A stretch of 64,000 bases of DNA from Paraspadella gotoi (lineage: Eukaryota; Animalia; Chaetognatha), in assembly GCA_051294375.1 (NCBI GenBank), contig CM119263.1, positions 1,228,510 to 1,292,509 of the forward strand, in the 5' to 3' direction. This document shows, in pieces, positions 22,954 through 37,539 of this stretch. The stretch's first letter is position 1. Every line of letters starts with the position of its first letter. The notes below the pieces were generated by a model. That model was not told the origin of the DNA, did not search any database, and saw only the letters and a program-made list of their open reading frames with translations. The position numbers were made by a program, and so were the translations under genes.

Positions 22954-24380
22954 CTGACCAGCCTACCAGCCTGAACACCGACCAGACTGCATCAGCCTGA
23001 CCAGACTGACCAGCCTGACCGACTGACCAGACCTGACCAGCCTGACCAGGGCACTGACCAGCTTGACCAGACTGACCAGCCTACCAGCCTGATCAGACTG
23101 ACCAGCCTGACCAGACTGACCAGCCTGACAGCCTGACCAGACTGACCAGCCTGACCAGACTGACCAGCCTGACCAGCCTGATCAGAGCTGACCGCCTGAC
23201 CAGACTGACCAGACTACCAGGAGCTGACCAGCCTGACCAGCCTGACCAGCCTGATCAGACTGACCACCTGACCAACTACCAGCCTGACCAGACTACCAGA
23301 CGGACCAGATGACCAGCCTGACCCAGGATGACCAGACTGACCAGGCCTGATCAGACTGACCAGCCTGACCAGAAATGACCAGCCTGACCAGACTGACAGA
23401 CTACCAGACTGACCAGCCTGACCAGGACTGACCAGCCTGACCAGACTGACCAGCGCCTGATCAGCCTGACCCAGACTGACCAGCCTGACCAGACTGACCA
23501 GACTGACCACCTGACCAACTGACAGCCTGACCAGCCTGATCAGGACTGACCAGCGACCAGACTACCAGCTGACCAGCCTGACCAGAGCTACCAGCCTGAC
23601 CAGACTGACCAGCGCTGACCAGCCTGATCAGACTGACCAGCCTGGACAGACTGACAGCCTGACCAGCCTGATCAGACTGACCAGGACGACCAGACTGACC
23701 AGCCTGACCAGACTGAACCAGCCTGACCAGACTGACCAGACTACCAGACTGACCAGCCTGACCAGACTGACCAGCCTGCACCAGATGACCAGCCTGATCA
23801 GCCTGAGCAGACTGACCAGCCTGACCAGCCTGATCAGGACTGACCAGCGCTGACCAGACTGACCAGACTGACCAGCCGGACCAGACTGACCAGACCTGAC
23901 CAGACTGACCAGACTGACCAGCCTGACCAGACTGACCAGACTTACCAGACTGACCAGACTGATCAGCCTGAACCAGACTGACCAGACTGACGCTGACCAG
24001 AGACCAGACTGACCAGCCTGCCAGCTGACCAGACTGACCAGCTGAATCAGGACTGACAGACTGACAGCCTGACCAGACTGACCAGCCTTGATCAGATCAC
24101 CAGACTGACAGACTGACCAGCCTGACCAGACTGACCAGACTGACCAGCCTGACAGCCTGATCAGAGTGACCAGCCTGACCAGACTGACCAGACTGACCAG
24201 CCTGACCAGGACTTGACCAGCCGACCAGCCTGTCAGCAGTGACCAGCCTTTTACCAGACGACCAGATCTGACCAGCCTGACCAGACGACCCAGCCTGACC
24301 AGCCTTGATCAGAGTGACCAGCCTGACCACGGACTGACCAGACTGACCAGCCTGACCAGACTGGACCAGACTGACACTGA
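22954..24380 (+). repeat. 9-bp tandem repeat CTGACCAG(A/C), approx. 1.4 kb; only approx. 0.2 kb in the inverted copy 34688-34887
   Basis: Direct reading. Confidence 0.96.
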
Positions 24381-26739
24381 CACGAAACCTCTTTTCTTGT
24401 CCCCAACACTGATGAGCGGGTTTTCCGATGGCAATTAATATTATCACAATCGTATGAAAGAAAAACATAATTAAAACATATCAATATAATTTTAAACAAA
24501 AACATCAACAAACATCCTGGGTCAAAACCAACTATTAGGTTTATATTTAAACACTTTACAAAAGGAATTAAGAGACGAACTACCAAACACTACCAATCAC
24601 AAACCATTCTTTTATCCCCAAACCAGCTCACGAACCTGCATTATTTGTCCCGACTATAATTATTAGGACATTGTTTCATCTCCTGACATTCAGACTTTCC
24701 TTTATCCACACATCAAGTATTGATATCGACTATAGTAAGGTCACCTGAGTTCAGTTTTTTCTAAGTACAGTCATGAACACCTCCCCGACTACATCACGAC
24801 TCCCTCGCCACCATTCCAACTTTGTCATTCCTCCTTCTCCGATCCGACGAAAAAAAAAATTCTTTTCCTCGAACAGTCAGCGAAAGAGCGACGCTTTGCA
24901 TTCCGCACCGACATCTGTCGCTCTCCTTTGGCGCGCGGTGCCGGCGGTTGCGGCGGTGCCGAGCGAAAAGCGGTGCGAGGGAAAGAGCGACCCCGCCCCT
25001 CTCTTAGAAGATCTCTGCGCGGAGAGGAGAAAAAGGAGAGGGCGATGTAAGAGCGAATCGAGGTGATTGGGGGGCGGTTTTAGGAAACAAAATGATTCCC
25101 CCTCCTTAACGACGAATCCCACCAAAGCGTGATCTCTCATCTTGAGGCAAGAGGAGGAGGGAGAGAAAGAGGAGGAGAGCAGAGAGGGAGTGAGAGTATT
25201 TCGATTAAGGAGGAATAAAAGAGAGAGAAAAGAAGAAAAGATTTAGGAAAAAAAACAAAGAAAGGAAAAAGAAGAGTTGGGGAGAATAAGTTCGAAAAGA
25301 AAGAGAAAAGAGTCGAGGATGAAATAATAAGGAAAAGAATTAAGGGCAAGGAAGATAAGTAAATCAGCGAAAAAGTGGAAACATGTTTTATTACATTTTG
25401 TTATAATCCAAATCAGGGCCAAAAGTATATTAATTAAATGAATGGTTGGGGTGGTTGTAACAATTCATAATGTCAAAGTAAAAAGGAAAACCTTTAAGGG
25501 GAGGATGTCGAAGCAAGAAGAAAATATAATAAGAAAAACTAGAAGAAAATAGAATTCGAAAAAAAAAACTGTAAAGAATCGGAAAAAAATGAGAAAAACT
25601 AATTGGATGAAGAAGAAAAATGGAGAAAAAGGAAACGAAAGCGAAAGGTGAGAAGAAAAAGAGGCATGGAAGAGGGTTGGAAGCATGGAATGATGGAGCA
25701 TGACGAGGCGTATTGAAAGCTGGACAAAGGACAGAAAAATGCCGAGGAGATCCCTGGTCGTATGATTGTGAAAAGGAAAAACTCGGAAAATTTCGAAACA
25801 GAAAGCGAAAAAAGGAAAAGAGACGATATTTTTGTAGATATTTTTTTTTTAACTGCGCGTTTATGTTTTGCCTCAATTTAGTTTCTTTGTTAGTTTACGG
25901 AGACGAAAAAAATTAATTTATCGCGGTACATTTATTTTCGAAACAATGTTTGTTTTCCGAATTACATATTCCGAATTTTAAATATTTTAATCTCGCACAT
26001 GATTTACACTTAGTTGCCTTTATTTTCACTTTAAACCTCGTTGGATTTAGTACACCGATTGCAGAAAATTCATTTAATTAACGAGACAAGTCGGAATATA
26101 TTGTGACGTGATAAATCTCAATTTCGTGCTGAGATTACGAGTGATTAATGAGAGAAAGGAAAAGGAATAAGACGCCGAATGAATCAGGAAAAAGACGAAA
26201 AGAATTGTTGCTTGGAATTTATAAAAGCATAAAAAAAATAAATAAAAGAAGAAAAAAAATGATAAACGAATGAAAGTTGACTATAGAAGAAAAAGGAACA
26301 AGGGGAACGACAAACGACAAAAGATGACGACGACGACGACGACGACGACAAGAAATATGAAGTACTAAAGAACTCAGCAGATGATTAAACGACGTTTTTC
26401 AAAAAAAATGTCAAAACACCAGTTGAACGAAGCAACATTGTTTCTAAGAAGTAGCAAATTGAAACAATGCGTTTGTTTAATTATGTAATTTGTATCTATT
26501 TCGTAATTCTATAACAATCTTGCGATAGATCTTGAGGCAAGAACCAAGTTGATGATTGACGTCACAACGATGACGACGACTACGACGACGACGACGATGT
26601 AGGCTAATATCAAATGATCGGGTTCGAAGATAACCTTATTGTTCCCAAGATCCCAGCGTCTGAAGGCTTGTTCAAATTTGTGTGTCTTTATAGTTTCTAT
26701 AATATATAGTTTATATAATATGAATAAACGAGACTGTGA

Positions 26740-26895
26740 GGAGAGTCTTGATTGAAATCATGCAGGGACCTGCGACTGTCATTTATCTTTAAGAGTGTGG
26801 AGTTCTTAAACACCAAAGCCTGTCCAAGCAGGGCAAGATAGCTTTATTGTGGTATTAATGAATGGATAATTTTTATATTGGTTGTGACCAAATTT
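26740..26895 (+). mobile_element. Dispersed repeat family fragment (other copies 9128-9176 +, 32154-32305 -, 47792-47910 +, 55156-55270 +, 63331-63390 -)
   Basis: Shared core GGGGCAAGATAGCTTATTTATTAAATGAATGGATAATT..TATTGGTTGT and shared upstream part GAGAGTCTTGA(C/T)TGAAA..CCTGC..AGCCTGTCCAA. Class unknown. Confidence 0.6.
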
Positions 26896-27654
26896 CATAT
26901 CCTTATTGCAATCAACCAAGTTATATCATCAATCTTGAGAATTTTACGAGAGAAAAAGGAAAATGGCGTGAATTCGGAGATTTTAAAGTTAAAGAGTGAA
27001 AATTAAAAATTAATAGAAAAGGGAAATCAGTTGAAGAATGTATGGCAAAGAAATTAAAAAATACCGAAAAAATGAAAGAAAAAGAAAGGAAAGGAAAGAA
27101 AAGTAGATATAAAGAAAAAGTATAAAATTATTGATGATGGAAAAAAATAAAGAATGAAAAAGAAAGGATTCAACTGCTGCTGATAACAAAAATGGTTTTC
27201 TTCCAGTTAGTTCCTTTTTTTATTTATTTGTTCGTTTTTATTTGTTTTCTTAAACTATTTTTAGTATCTTTTTCGCAAGTTCTAAATATGTTGAGAGTCA
27301 AAGTGAGGAAAAAGGCGCGAGATCGATGACTGAAGAACACATGAAAAAGAAAAGGAAAAACAGTTTGTGTTCTTTGTTTAAAATTTTCATTTCACTAATG
27401 TAAATTGTGGATAAAGAAAAGGAAAGATTTTGAAATCGAAACGGAAAAAATCAGTCGTGCAGAAGGAGAAACCAAATCGGCGGAGTTTTGAATGTCGCAG
27501 GCGTCGGCAGGCGTGGCAGGCGTCGCAGGCGTCGCAGGCTCGGCAGGACCCGTCGGCCGAATAGGTTCCTATAGTGAGGCGCGAAAAGTTAGCGTTTGCG
27601 TCGGATTGGCGTCAGTTTCAGCGTCGTGGTGACGTGCAATGTGTATCTGACTCT

Positions 27655-27655
27655 T

Positions 27656-27712
<57 letters not shown>

Positions 27713-28177
27713 CTCTCTTCTCTCTCTCTCTCTCTCTCTCATCTCCCTCTTTCAAAACGCTCGACTGTTTGTAGTATTTGCTTGCGACTTCTTCTGCCAT
27801 TCTTTTATTCATGACTTTCTTTCTATTTTCTTTCTTTTTTTTTTCTTCTTCTTTCTTTCTTTTCTTTCTTCTTTTTCTTTCTTCTATTTTCTTTTTTTCT
27901 TTTCTTTCTTATTTTTTCTTTTTATCTTTCTTTTTTCTCTTCTTTTTTATGTCAGTCTGAAAACCTTTGATATTTTACTTCCATTTGCCTTTTTTTTCTT
28001 TTCTGCTTCGACGATTCAAAGGCGCCGAGGATGAGCAACAGTCTGGACGGAGTTCGCCATAGCGAAGAAATTGCAGTCTTAACATAGGCAATGGCGAATA
28101 TTCCATCTTTAATAAATCTCTACGTGATACTTGGCAAGCGAGATCATTGGCATAATAATGGTTTCCGCGAGTAGAGC

Positions 28178-28225
<48 letters not shown>

Positions 28226-29057
28226 TCTCTCTCTTCTCTCTCTCTCTCTCCTCATGTCTGTCGACCTCTCGTCGTTGTTCACCTTACAAAACATTCGTTT
28301 TTGCTGAGTTCATCGATATTGGATTTTTTTCTTTGTATCGCTATCGCCAAAAAAAAAAAAGCAGAAAGAAAAAGGCTAAAAGCAAAGAGCTTGCTTCGTT
28401 CGCTCTTGAGAGGCTTGCCATTTCTCAGTGTAAAACGTTAAAGACAAGCACCTGCTTGTCAAGCAGGAATCTCATTATGAAGAAGCATGCGAAAAATTCT
28501 GCAATCAGAAAGCCGGATGTCGACGCAAAAATGAAGTGACGCAAGCCTNNNNNNNNNNNNNNNNNNNNNNNNNGTCTCTCTCTCTTCTCTCTCTCTCTCT
28601 CATCTCTCTCATCTCGTCCTCTTCCTCTTCAAAAACGCCTCGACTGTTGTAGTATTTGCCTTGCGACTTTCTCTTCAGCATTCTTTTATTCATGACTTTC
28701 TTCTATCTTCTTTCTTTTCTTATTTTTTTCTTTCTTTCTTTCTTTCTTTCTTTTCTTTCTCTTCTTTCTTTCTTTCTTTTCTTTCTTATTTTTTCTTTTT
28801 CTTTCTTTTTTTTTTTCTTTCTTTTTATGTCAGTCATGAAAACCTTTGATATTTACTTCCATTTGCCTTTTTTTTTTTCTCTGCTTCGACGATTCAAAGG
28901 CGCCGAGGATGAGCAACAGTTCTGGACGCGAGTTCGCGCATAGCGAAGAAATTGCAGTCTTAACATAGGCAATGGGAATATTCCATCTTTAATAAATCTC
29001 TACGTGATACTTGGCAACGCGGAATCATGGGCATAATAATGGTTTCCGCGTAGAGAG

Positions 29058-29146
<89 letters not shown>

Positions 29147-29466
29147 CCAGTGTCTAGTCGACCTCTCGTCGTTGTTCACCTTACAAAACCATTCGTTTTT
29201 GCTGAGTTCATCGATATTGACTTTTTTTCTTGTATCGGCTAATATCGCCAAAAAAAAAAAAAGCAGCAAGAAAGAAAAAGGCTAAAAGCAAAAGTAGCTT
29301 GCTTCGTTCGCTCTTGAGAGGCTTGCCATTTCTCAGTTGTAAAACGTTAAAGACAAGCACTGCTTGTCAAGCAGGTCGGAATCTCATTAAGTCGAAGAGC
29401 ATTTCGAAAGAATCTGCCAATTCAGAGCCGGCGATGTCCGACTTGCAAATAATGAACAGGCAAGCC
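27655..29466 (+). repeat. Tandem duplication of approx. 0.9 kb (27655-28548 vs 28574-29466) across a 25-N gap
   Basis: Both copies run from a CT tract through ttcaaaggcgccgaggatgagcaacag to gcaagcct. Confidence 0.92.
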
Positions 29467-29897
29467 TTTTCCATTATTGACGAAGAAAAAGAATGTAAAA
29501 CTTTGTCATTCGACACGAAACCCCTTAAGATTTCCACTGACAAAGGGGAGAAATAATTGAATAATTTAACTCGAAACCACAAGAAGCGTTTTTACTTAGA
29601 TCTAAAGTATATATCTAGAAGGATATATCCTTAGCATATAGGATTTATGTCACATAGCGTTGTCATGTGTTGAGACGAAAAGTATGCCCTTATTTTCCAT
29701 TATTGACGAAGAAAAGATGTAAACTTTGTCATTTGGACACGAAAATCCCTTAAAGTCTTCACTGACAAAGGGGAGAAAAATAATAATGTTAATAACAACA
29801 ATGACAGCGTTTTATCACTTATCTACAAAAGATATATCTAGCATAGAATTTATGTCAATAGCGTTGTCATGTTTGACGACAAAAGTATGCCCTTATT
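29467..29897 (+). repeat. Two-copy tandem repeat, unit approx. 205-230 bp
   Basis: ttttccattattgacgaagaaaa...aaaagtatgcccttatt occurs at approx. 29467-29693 and again at approx. 29694-29897. Confidence 0.85.
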
Positions 29898-30128
29898 GCC
29901 ACCAAAGAAACACAACAACGATTCCCCTTCGATGCCGTCTTCTCCGACTGAAAAAAAGATGATACAGAGGTGATGTTACCTGACAAAAAAAGATGGCACA
30001 CACGTGGTCTTAACTGGCAAATAAAGGATGGCACTGACGTCGTCTTATCTGTCGGAGGAACGTGGCATTCTCTCGGGAACGTGGAAAACCGTAGAGGCTT
30101 CCAACGCCGTCGGTAATAGATTCCGTCG

Positions 30129-30239
<111 letters not shown>

Positions 30240-31438
30240 AAGTGGTAGCGTAGGGGAGACAGGCTGACAGAGATTCCCGATAGAAGGAAACCTTCTATTT
30301 GTCTCTTGTGGAGGAAAAGATTCTAAACGCATTCACTTAATTAAATGGTTGATGAAAATAATTAAGGTTTGAAACAGATTTCTAGTTTATCGGTTCTTTA
30401 CATTTTCTGTTGCTGAAAAAAAATAGAGCAAAAGGGAATTAGTGAAGAATAAGCAATATTTATTATCACTTAGTAAATTTGAGTCACGTAACTGAGAATC
30501 AGATTACAATGTATCGCCTAATTGTGGTTCCCGTCACAATGCGTATTGTCACAAAAGTCACGTGACTGAAACGGAAAAAGAACATTGGACAGTTACTGTG
30601 TCTCTCCCAATGTTTGTCGTCGTCATTGACGACCCCGAGTTCATTCTCTCTCTCCTTAGAGGTTTTCTCGAATCTGCGGCCAAAGCATCTGACTCGACAC
30701 TCTCCTTTTCCAACCTTTGCACCTGTTGCATCTGTTAAGAGAGCCTCACGCGAGACTCTATCCCTTTGAACTTTTCCTTTCGAATCAAAATGGCCGACTT
30801 CCTTTGAAGTCGCATTTAGAAAAGCAAAGATATAAAATTAATAAAATGGCGGNNNNNNNNNNNNNNNNNNNNNNNNNNNNNNNNNNNNNNNNNNNNNNNN
30901 NNNNNNNNNNNNNNNNNNNNNNNNNNNNNNNNNNNNNNNNNNNNNNNNNNNNNNNNNNNNNNNNNNNNNNNNNNNNNNNNNNNNNNNNNNNNNNNNNNNN
31001 NNNNNNNNNNNNNNNNNNNNNNNNNNNNNNNNNNNNNNNNNNNNNNNNNNNNNNNNNNNNNNNNNNNNNNNNNNNNNNNNNNNNNNNNNNNNNNNNNNNN
31101 NNNNNNNNNNNNNNNNNNNNNNNNNNNNNNNNNNNNNNNNNNNNNNNNNNNNNNNNNNNNNNNNNNNNNNNNNNNNNNNNNNNNNNNNNNNNNNNNNNNN
31201 NNNNNNNNNNNNNNNNNNNNNNNNNNNNNNNNNNNNNNNNNNNNNNNNNNNNNNNNNNNNNNNNNNNNNNNNNNNNNNNNNNNNNNNNNNNNNNNNNNNN
31301 NNNNNNNNNNNNNNNNNNNNNNNNNNNNNNNNNNNNNNNNNNNNNNNNNNNNNNNNNNNNNNNNNNNNNNNNNNNNNNNNNNNNNNNNNNNNNNNNNNNN
31401 NNNNNNNNNNNNNNNNNNNNNNNNNNNNNNNNNNNNNN

Positions 31439-34400
31439 CGACGCCAACGCTAACTTTTCCGCCTCCTACTAGGAAACCTATTCGCCGACGCCTGCCGACG
31501 CCTGCCGACGCCTGCCGACGCCTGCCGACGCCTGCCGACGCCTGCCGAGCCATCAAAACCTCCGCAGATTTGTTTCTCCTTCTGACACAGACTGATTCTT
31601 CCGTTTCGATTTCAAATCTTTCCTTTTCTTATTCCACAATTTACATTAGTGAAATGAAAATTTTAAACAAAAGAACACAAACTTTTTTCCTTTTCTTTTT
31701 CATGTTGTCTTCAGTCATCGATCTCGCGCCTTTTCCTCACTTTTGACTCTCAACATATTTAGAACTTGCGGAAAAAGATACTAAAAATAGTTTAAGAAAA
31801 CAAATAAAAAACGAACAAAATAAATAAAAAAAGGAACTAATGATAGAAAACCATTTTTGTTATCAGCAGTTGAATCCTTTTCTTTTTTTCATTCTTTATT
31901 TTTCATCACCAAATAATTTTATACTTTTTCTTTATATCTACTTTTCTTTTCCTTTCCTTCTACTTTTTCTTTCCATTTTTCGTATTTTTTAATTTCTTTT
32001 GCCATAATTCTTCCAACTGATTTCCCTTTTCTATTATTTTTAATTTCACTTCCTTTAACTTTAAAATCTCCGAATTCACGCCATTTTCCTTTTCTCTCGT
32101 AAAATTCTCAAGATTGATGATATAACCTTGGTTGATTTTGCAATAAGGATATGAAATTGGTACAACCAATATAAAAATTATCCATTCATTTAATAAATAA
32201 GCTATCTTGCCCCTGACTTTGGACAGGCTTTGGTGGTTTAAGACCTCCATCACTCTTACAAGATAATGACATAGCAGGTCCCTGCATGATTTCAATCAAG
32301 ACTCTCTCACAGTCTCGTTTATTCATATTATATACAACTATATATTATAGACAACTATAAAGACACAAAATTTGAAAGACCTTAGACGCTGGGATCTTGG
32401 AACAATAAGGTTATCTTGAACCCGATCATTGATATTAGCCTACATCGTCGTCGTCGTCGTAGTCGTCGTCATCGTTAGTGACGTCATCATCAACTTGGTT
32501 CTTGCTCAAAGATCTATCGAAGATTGTATAAATTACGAAATAGATACAAATTTACATAATTAAACAAACGCATTGTTCAATTTGCTACTTCTTAGAAACA
32601 ATGTTGCTTCGTTCCAAACTGTGTTTTGACATTTTTTCGAAAAAACCTCGTTTATCATCTTCTGACTTCTTTAGTACTTCATATTTCTTGTCGTCGTCGT
32701 CGTCGTCGTCGTCATCTTTGTCGTTGTCGTTCCCCTTGTCCTTTTCTTCTTAATAGTCAACTTTCTCGTTTATCATTTTTTTTCTTCTTTTATTTATTTT
32801 TTTTATGCTTTATAATTCACAACAAATTCTTTTCGTCTTTTTCCTGATTCATCCGGCGTCTTATTCCTTTTCCTTTCTCCTCATTAATCACTCGTAATTC
32901 CTCAGCAACGAATTGAGATTTATCACGTCACATATATTCCGACTTGTCATCGTTAATTAAACTGAATTTCTGCAAATCGGTGTAATAAATCCAACGAGGT
33001 TTAAAGTGAAAATAAAAGGCCAACTAAGTGTAAATAATGTGCGAGATTAAAATATTTAAAATTCGGAAATATGTAATTCGGAAAACAAACATTGTTCCGA
33101 AAATACAATGTACCGCGAATAAATTATTTTTTTCGTCTCCGTAAACTAACAAAAGAACAAATTGAGGCAAAAACATAAACGCGCAGTTAAAAAAAAAAAA
33201 TATCTACAAAAATCGTCTCTTTTCCCTTTTTCGTTTTCTGTTTACAAATTCGACTTTTCCTTTTCACAATCATCCGACCAGGATCCTCCCCTCGGCATTT
33301 CTTCTGTCCCTGTCCCATGCTTTCAACGCCTCGTCCATGCCTCCATCATTCCATGCTTCCAACCCCTCTTCCATGCCTCTTCTCTCTTCTCACCTTTCGC
33401 TTTCGTTTCCTTTTTCCATTTTTCTTCTTCATCCAAATTAGTTTTTCTCATTTTTTTCCCGGATTTTTACAGTTTTTTTTCGAATTCCTATTTTCTTCTA
33501 AGTTTTCCTTATATATTTCTTTTGCTCGATCATCCTCCCCTTAAAGGTTTTCTTTTTACTTTGACATTATGAAATTGTTACAACCACCCAACCATTCATT
33601 TAATTAATATACCTTCTTGGCCCTGATTTCGGATTATAACACAAAATGTAATAAAACATGTTTCACTTTTCGCTGATTTACTTATCTTCCTTGCCCATTA
33701 ATTCTTTTCCTTATTATTTCATCCTCGACTCTTTTCTCTTTCTTTTTCGAACTTATTCTCCCAACTTCTTTTTTTCCTTTCTTTGTTTTTTCCTAAATCT
33801 TTTCTCCTTTTCTCCCTCTTTTATTCCTCCTTAATCGAAATACCTCTCACTCCCTCTCTCTCTCCCTCCCTCTTTCTCTCCCTCTCCCTCCCCCTCTTCC
33901 TCAGAGATGAAGAGATGAACGGCTTTGGTGGGATTCGTCGTTCAAGGAGGAGGAATCCAATTTTGTCATCCTAACCACCGCCCCCCCCATCCAACCTCCG
34001 ATTTCGCTACCATCTTCTTTCGTCCTCTCCGGCGCCAGGAGATCTTCTAAGAGGAGGGCGGGGTCCGCATCTTTCCCCTCGGCACCGCCGCTTTCGCCTC
34101 GGCACCGCCGCAACCGCCCCGGCACCGCCGCGACAAAAGGAGAGCGACAGATGTCGGTGCGGATGCAAAGCGTCGCTCTTCGCTGACGTCGAGGGAAAAG
34201 AATTTTTTTTTTTCGTCGGATCGAGAGAAGAGGAATCGACAAAGTTGGAATGGTGAGCGAGGGTGTCTTGACTGTAGTCGGGGAAGGTGTCATGACTGTA
34301 CTTAGGAACAAACTGAACTAAGGTGACCTTACTATAGTCGGATATCAATAACTGATGTGTGGATAAGGAAAGTCTGAAGTCAGAGAGAATGAATCAATGT

Positions 34401-36239
34401 CTTAATAACTATAGTCGGGGACAAATAACTGAGGTCTCGTGACCCTGGTTGGGGATAAAAAAGAATGGTTTTGTGATTGTAGTGTTGTAGTTCGTCCCTC
34501 TTAACTTCCTTTTGTAAAAGTGTTTAAAATATAAACAATCAATATCTGTTTATAGACAGATGTTTGTTAAAATTATATTGATATGTTTTAATTATGTTTT
34601 CCTTTCATACAGATTGTGATAATATTAATTAGCCATCGGAAAACCCCGCTCATCAGTAGTTGGGGACAAAGAAAAGAGGTTTCGTGTCAGTGGTCAGTCT
34701 GGTCAGTCTGGTCAGGCTGGTCAGTCTGGTCAGGCTGGTCAGTCTGATCAGGCTGGTCAGGCTGGTCAGTCTGGTCAGGCTGGTCAGTCTGGTCAGGCTG
34801 GTCAGTCTGGTCAGTCTGGTCAGGCTGGTCAGTCTGGTCAGGCTGATCAGTCTGGTCAGGCTGTTCAGGCTGGTCAGGCTGGTCAGGAATCAAGAAGCGA
34901 ATAGTCGTGACTTTAGTCTCTGGCAAAGTAGCGACGACAGTTGCCCTCGAATTTAAATCCTTTGGCGTCTCGTCTGTTTTCTGTGTGAGGAACCAGCGTC
35001 GGGATTCTTCTGTTTGAGATGAGAATTGAACGTGACTTCTCTTGAAACCAAATCTGAAGAGAAGGAAGGCCTTGTTGTCTTTTCGTTTTAGAAAGGATTG
35101 GACCCAAAGAGAACTACAGCTTTGGAACCTGCTCTCTTTTTTAACTGAATCGGAATATTATCTGAGGGTTTTCCAATTTAAAACCATTATAGAAAATGCT
35201 GGCGTCACCCAAGAAGATTTCTTTCAAACTCAAAATAAAAAAAGTTGAAAGAGAATTCGTCTCTCACAGATTTTTGTTCTCATTTCTCTCGCGAGATTTT
35301 TCGGTTCGAAAATACAAATTACTCTTTATTTCCGTCGGGAACAGATGGTTAGGAAAATGATAGAGATGGAGAGGAAGAGATGAGGGAGTGGAGAAAGAGA
35401 TGGGGAGAGGAAAGAGGCTGCTGGGAGTGAGGCGGTGAAGGGGGGGAAAACGGTGAGGAAGGTTGGGTAAGGTCACGTGAACCGACTAAAAAATTAGCCA
35501 AATTAAAGAAAGAAAATGTTGGATAAAAAGAAATTTTAACCAACAAGATCGGTTCATCCAGTGCGTTGCACCGCAGTTACTTTATTTTCACGTGCATTTC
35601 TCGTGACATGACATGACGTGACATGACATAACTGCTTGACTACAATATTTATAACACGCACTGCATCGAAATTCCGTCTTTTATTCTTTATAATTTTAGG
35701 ATTTCCTAAAGACGGCGCTAGGAGTCTCTTAGATTTGAGGAATGTTCTGTCTTAACGAATGAGCAACTAACTATAGGCAAAATATGTACATTTTTAATGT
35801 AAGTGGGACCGACCGACAAACCGACTAAAAAGTGACTTATAGAGTTAATCCGCGAGTACTCGCGGCGCAACTAAAAAAGAACCATTTTTGATCGTTGAAA
35901 TTAATTTGGTTGAGACGAAGAAATGAGTAGAACAACACGATTTCTCAGTCAGAGAAGAAAAAGATACGGAAATTCTGGATGAATAATTTAGTATCCGGAA
36001 TTTTCGAGGTGAGAAGCAGCGAAGCAGATTTTGGAAAAGTATTTTCGGGCCGAGTTATTCTTTTTCGCGTGACTCCTGAATATTTGAAACTGCCAACGGG
36101 CGTCGAACTTGTTCTTTTTTTTCCCGGAATTTTGAGTGAAGTTTAAATAATGAAAAGCCTTCGCTGCATAAGTCGTAAAAGTGGCGGTGATTTACGTGAA
36201 ACCATGTTGTGATTGTGTGAGTGAGTGAGTGAGTGAATG

Positions 36240-36331
<92 letters not shown>

Positions 36332-36545
36332 TTTTAGTTCCAGGTTCGTCAATTTGGACATCTTGTATAATGAGTTTGTATCTTTATCATCATTTTAATC
36401 ATCATATCTACATCTCTATGTCTCTAAATTTTACAATCTTTTTTCCGGTTTTGCTAATTTATTTCGCAAACCTATACATATTATTCTATTAGAATAGAAA
36501 AATAGAAAAATAAAGAATAAAAGAACAAATGAACAAATGAAGGAA
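31439..36545 (-). repeat. Right arm of the large inverted duplication; includes 10-bp repeat GCCGACGCCT at 31484-31550
   Basis: Reverse complement of 21262-27603; begins immediately after gap 30853-31438. Confidence 0.93.
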
Positions 36546-36876
36546 AAATTGTAAAAAGAAGATTTCTCTTCTTTTTCTTCTTCTCCTTCTCCTTCTCACT
36601 TTGTTCTTATAATTTTTCCCTACAAAACATTTTTTTTGTTTTTCCCAAACTGTTTAACTTTTCCTTCTCTCTTTCTCACATGAAATATTTATTCTTTTCT
36701 TTTATCTTCTTTTTCTATTCGTAAAAGAAAGATAAAAGAAAGATGGCGACAGTTTTCTCTTTTCTTTTTTATGAAGATCAAAACTACTTTCTCGTCTCCT
36801 TTCGTCGGCGAAATCTTTTTTCAAAACTCATTTCCAAGCAAATTCGCAAAACAGTGGAACTCTTTGGCAGAAGCGG

Positions 36877-36941
<65 letters not shown>

Positions 36942-37096
36942 TGTGTAAATGAACAGTGAACAGTCAACCAGCAGAAGGACGTACTAGCGCGAAAGAGAGA
37001 AGAGAAAGCCAGAGCGTAGAAAGAGAGAGAAATGCTAAAAGCCCTTTGTTCGGTTGAGTTGGCTTATTTGTGTTTCTTCGAATGGCACTGAACTTT

Positions 37097-37150
<54 letters not shown>

Positions 37151-37176
37151 AGAGAGTGAAGAGAGAGAGAGAGAGA

Positions 37177-37215
<39 letters not shown>

Positions 37216-37292
37216 TGAAGATAAAGACGAGCAGGCTTTTATGGGCCGTTTTTGTTTTTCTTTCACCCCCATCTCTCTCCTCTCTCTCTCTC

Positions 37293-37343
<51 letters not shown>

Positions 37344-37539
37344 TTTTCCCTAAGACATGTTTTACCCATTTTCTCTTCTTCTCTCTCTCATCCTTCGTTC
37401 TTTTACTTTTATCGCTTCCAAATTACTTTTACACCCTCGTTTTTGTGTTTTTTTGTCTCTTCTTTATCCTTGCGCCATCTGGTTTATTACTTTATCTACG
37501 ACTACACACTTTACCTTTATGTATTTATTTACAATTTTG

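Larger units (their letters stand above)
21262..27603 (+). repeat. Left arm of a large inverted duplication (partner 31439-36545)
   Basis: For example, 21498-21540 is the reverse complement of 36322-36366 and 27494-27603 of 31439-31552; colinear throughout. Confidence 0.93.

Noticed and set aside
24383-24420. Hammerhead ribozyme (GAAAC..GTC..CTGATGAG in type II order)
   Set aside because: Core words are present but stems I, II and III cannot be formed in either copy.
28461-28475. 15-nt match AAGCAGGAATCTCAT to the DNAL1 exon at 9630
   Set aside because: The flanks do not align and the duplicate at 29370 differs; consistent with chance.
34660-34956. PDQTDQ / LVRLVS repeat proteins
   Set aside because: Frames of the 9-bp tandem array; no flanking domain, and array length differs about 7-fold between copies.
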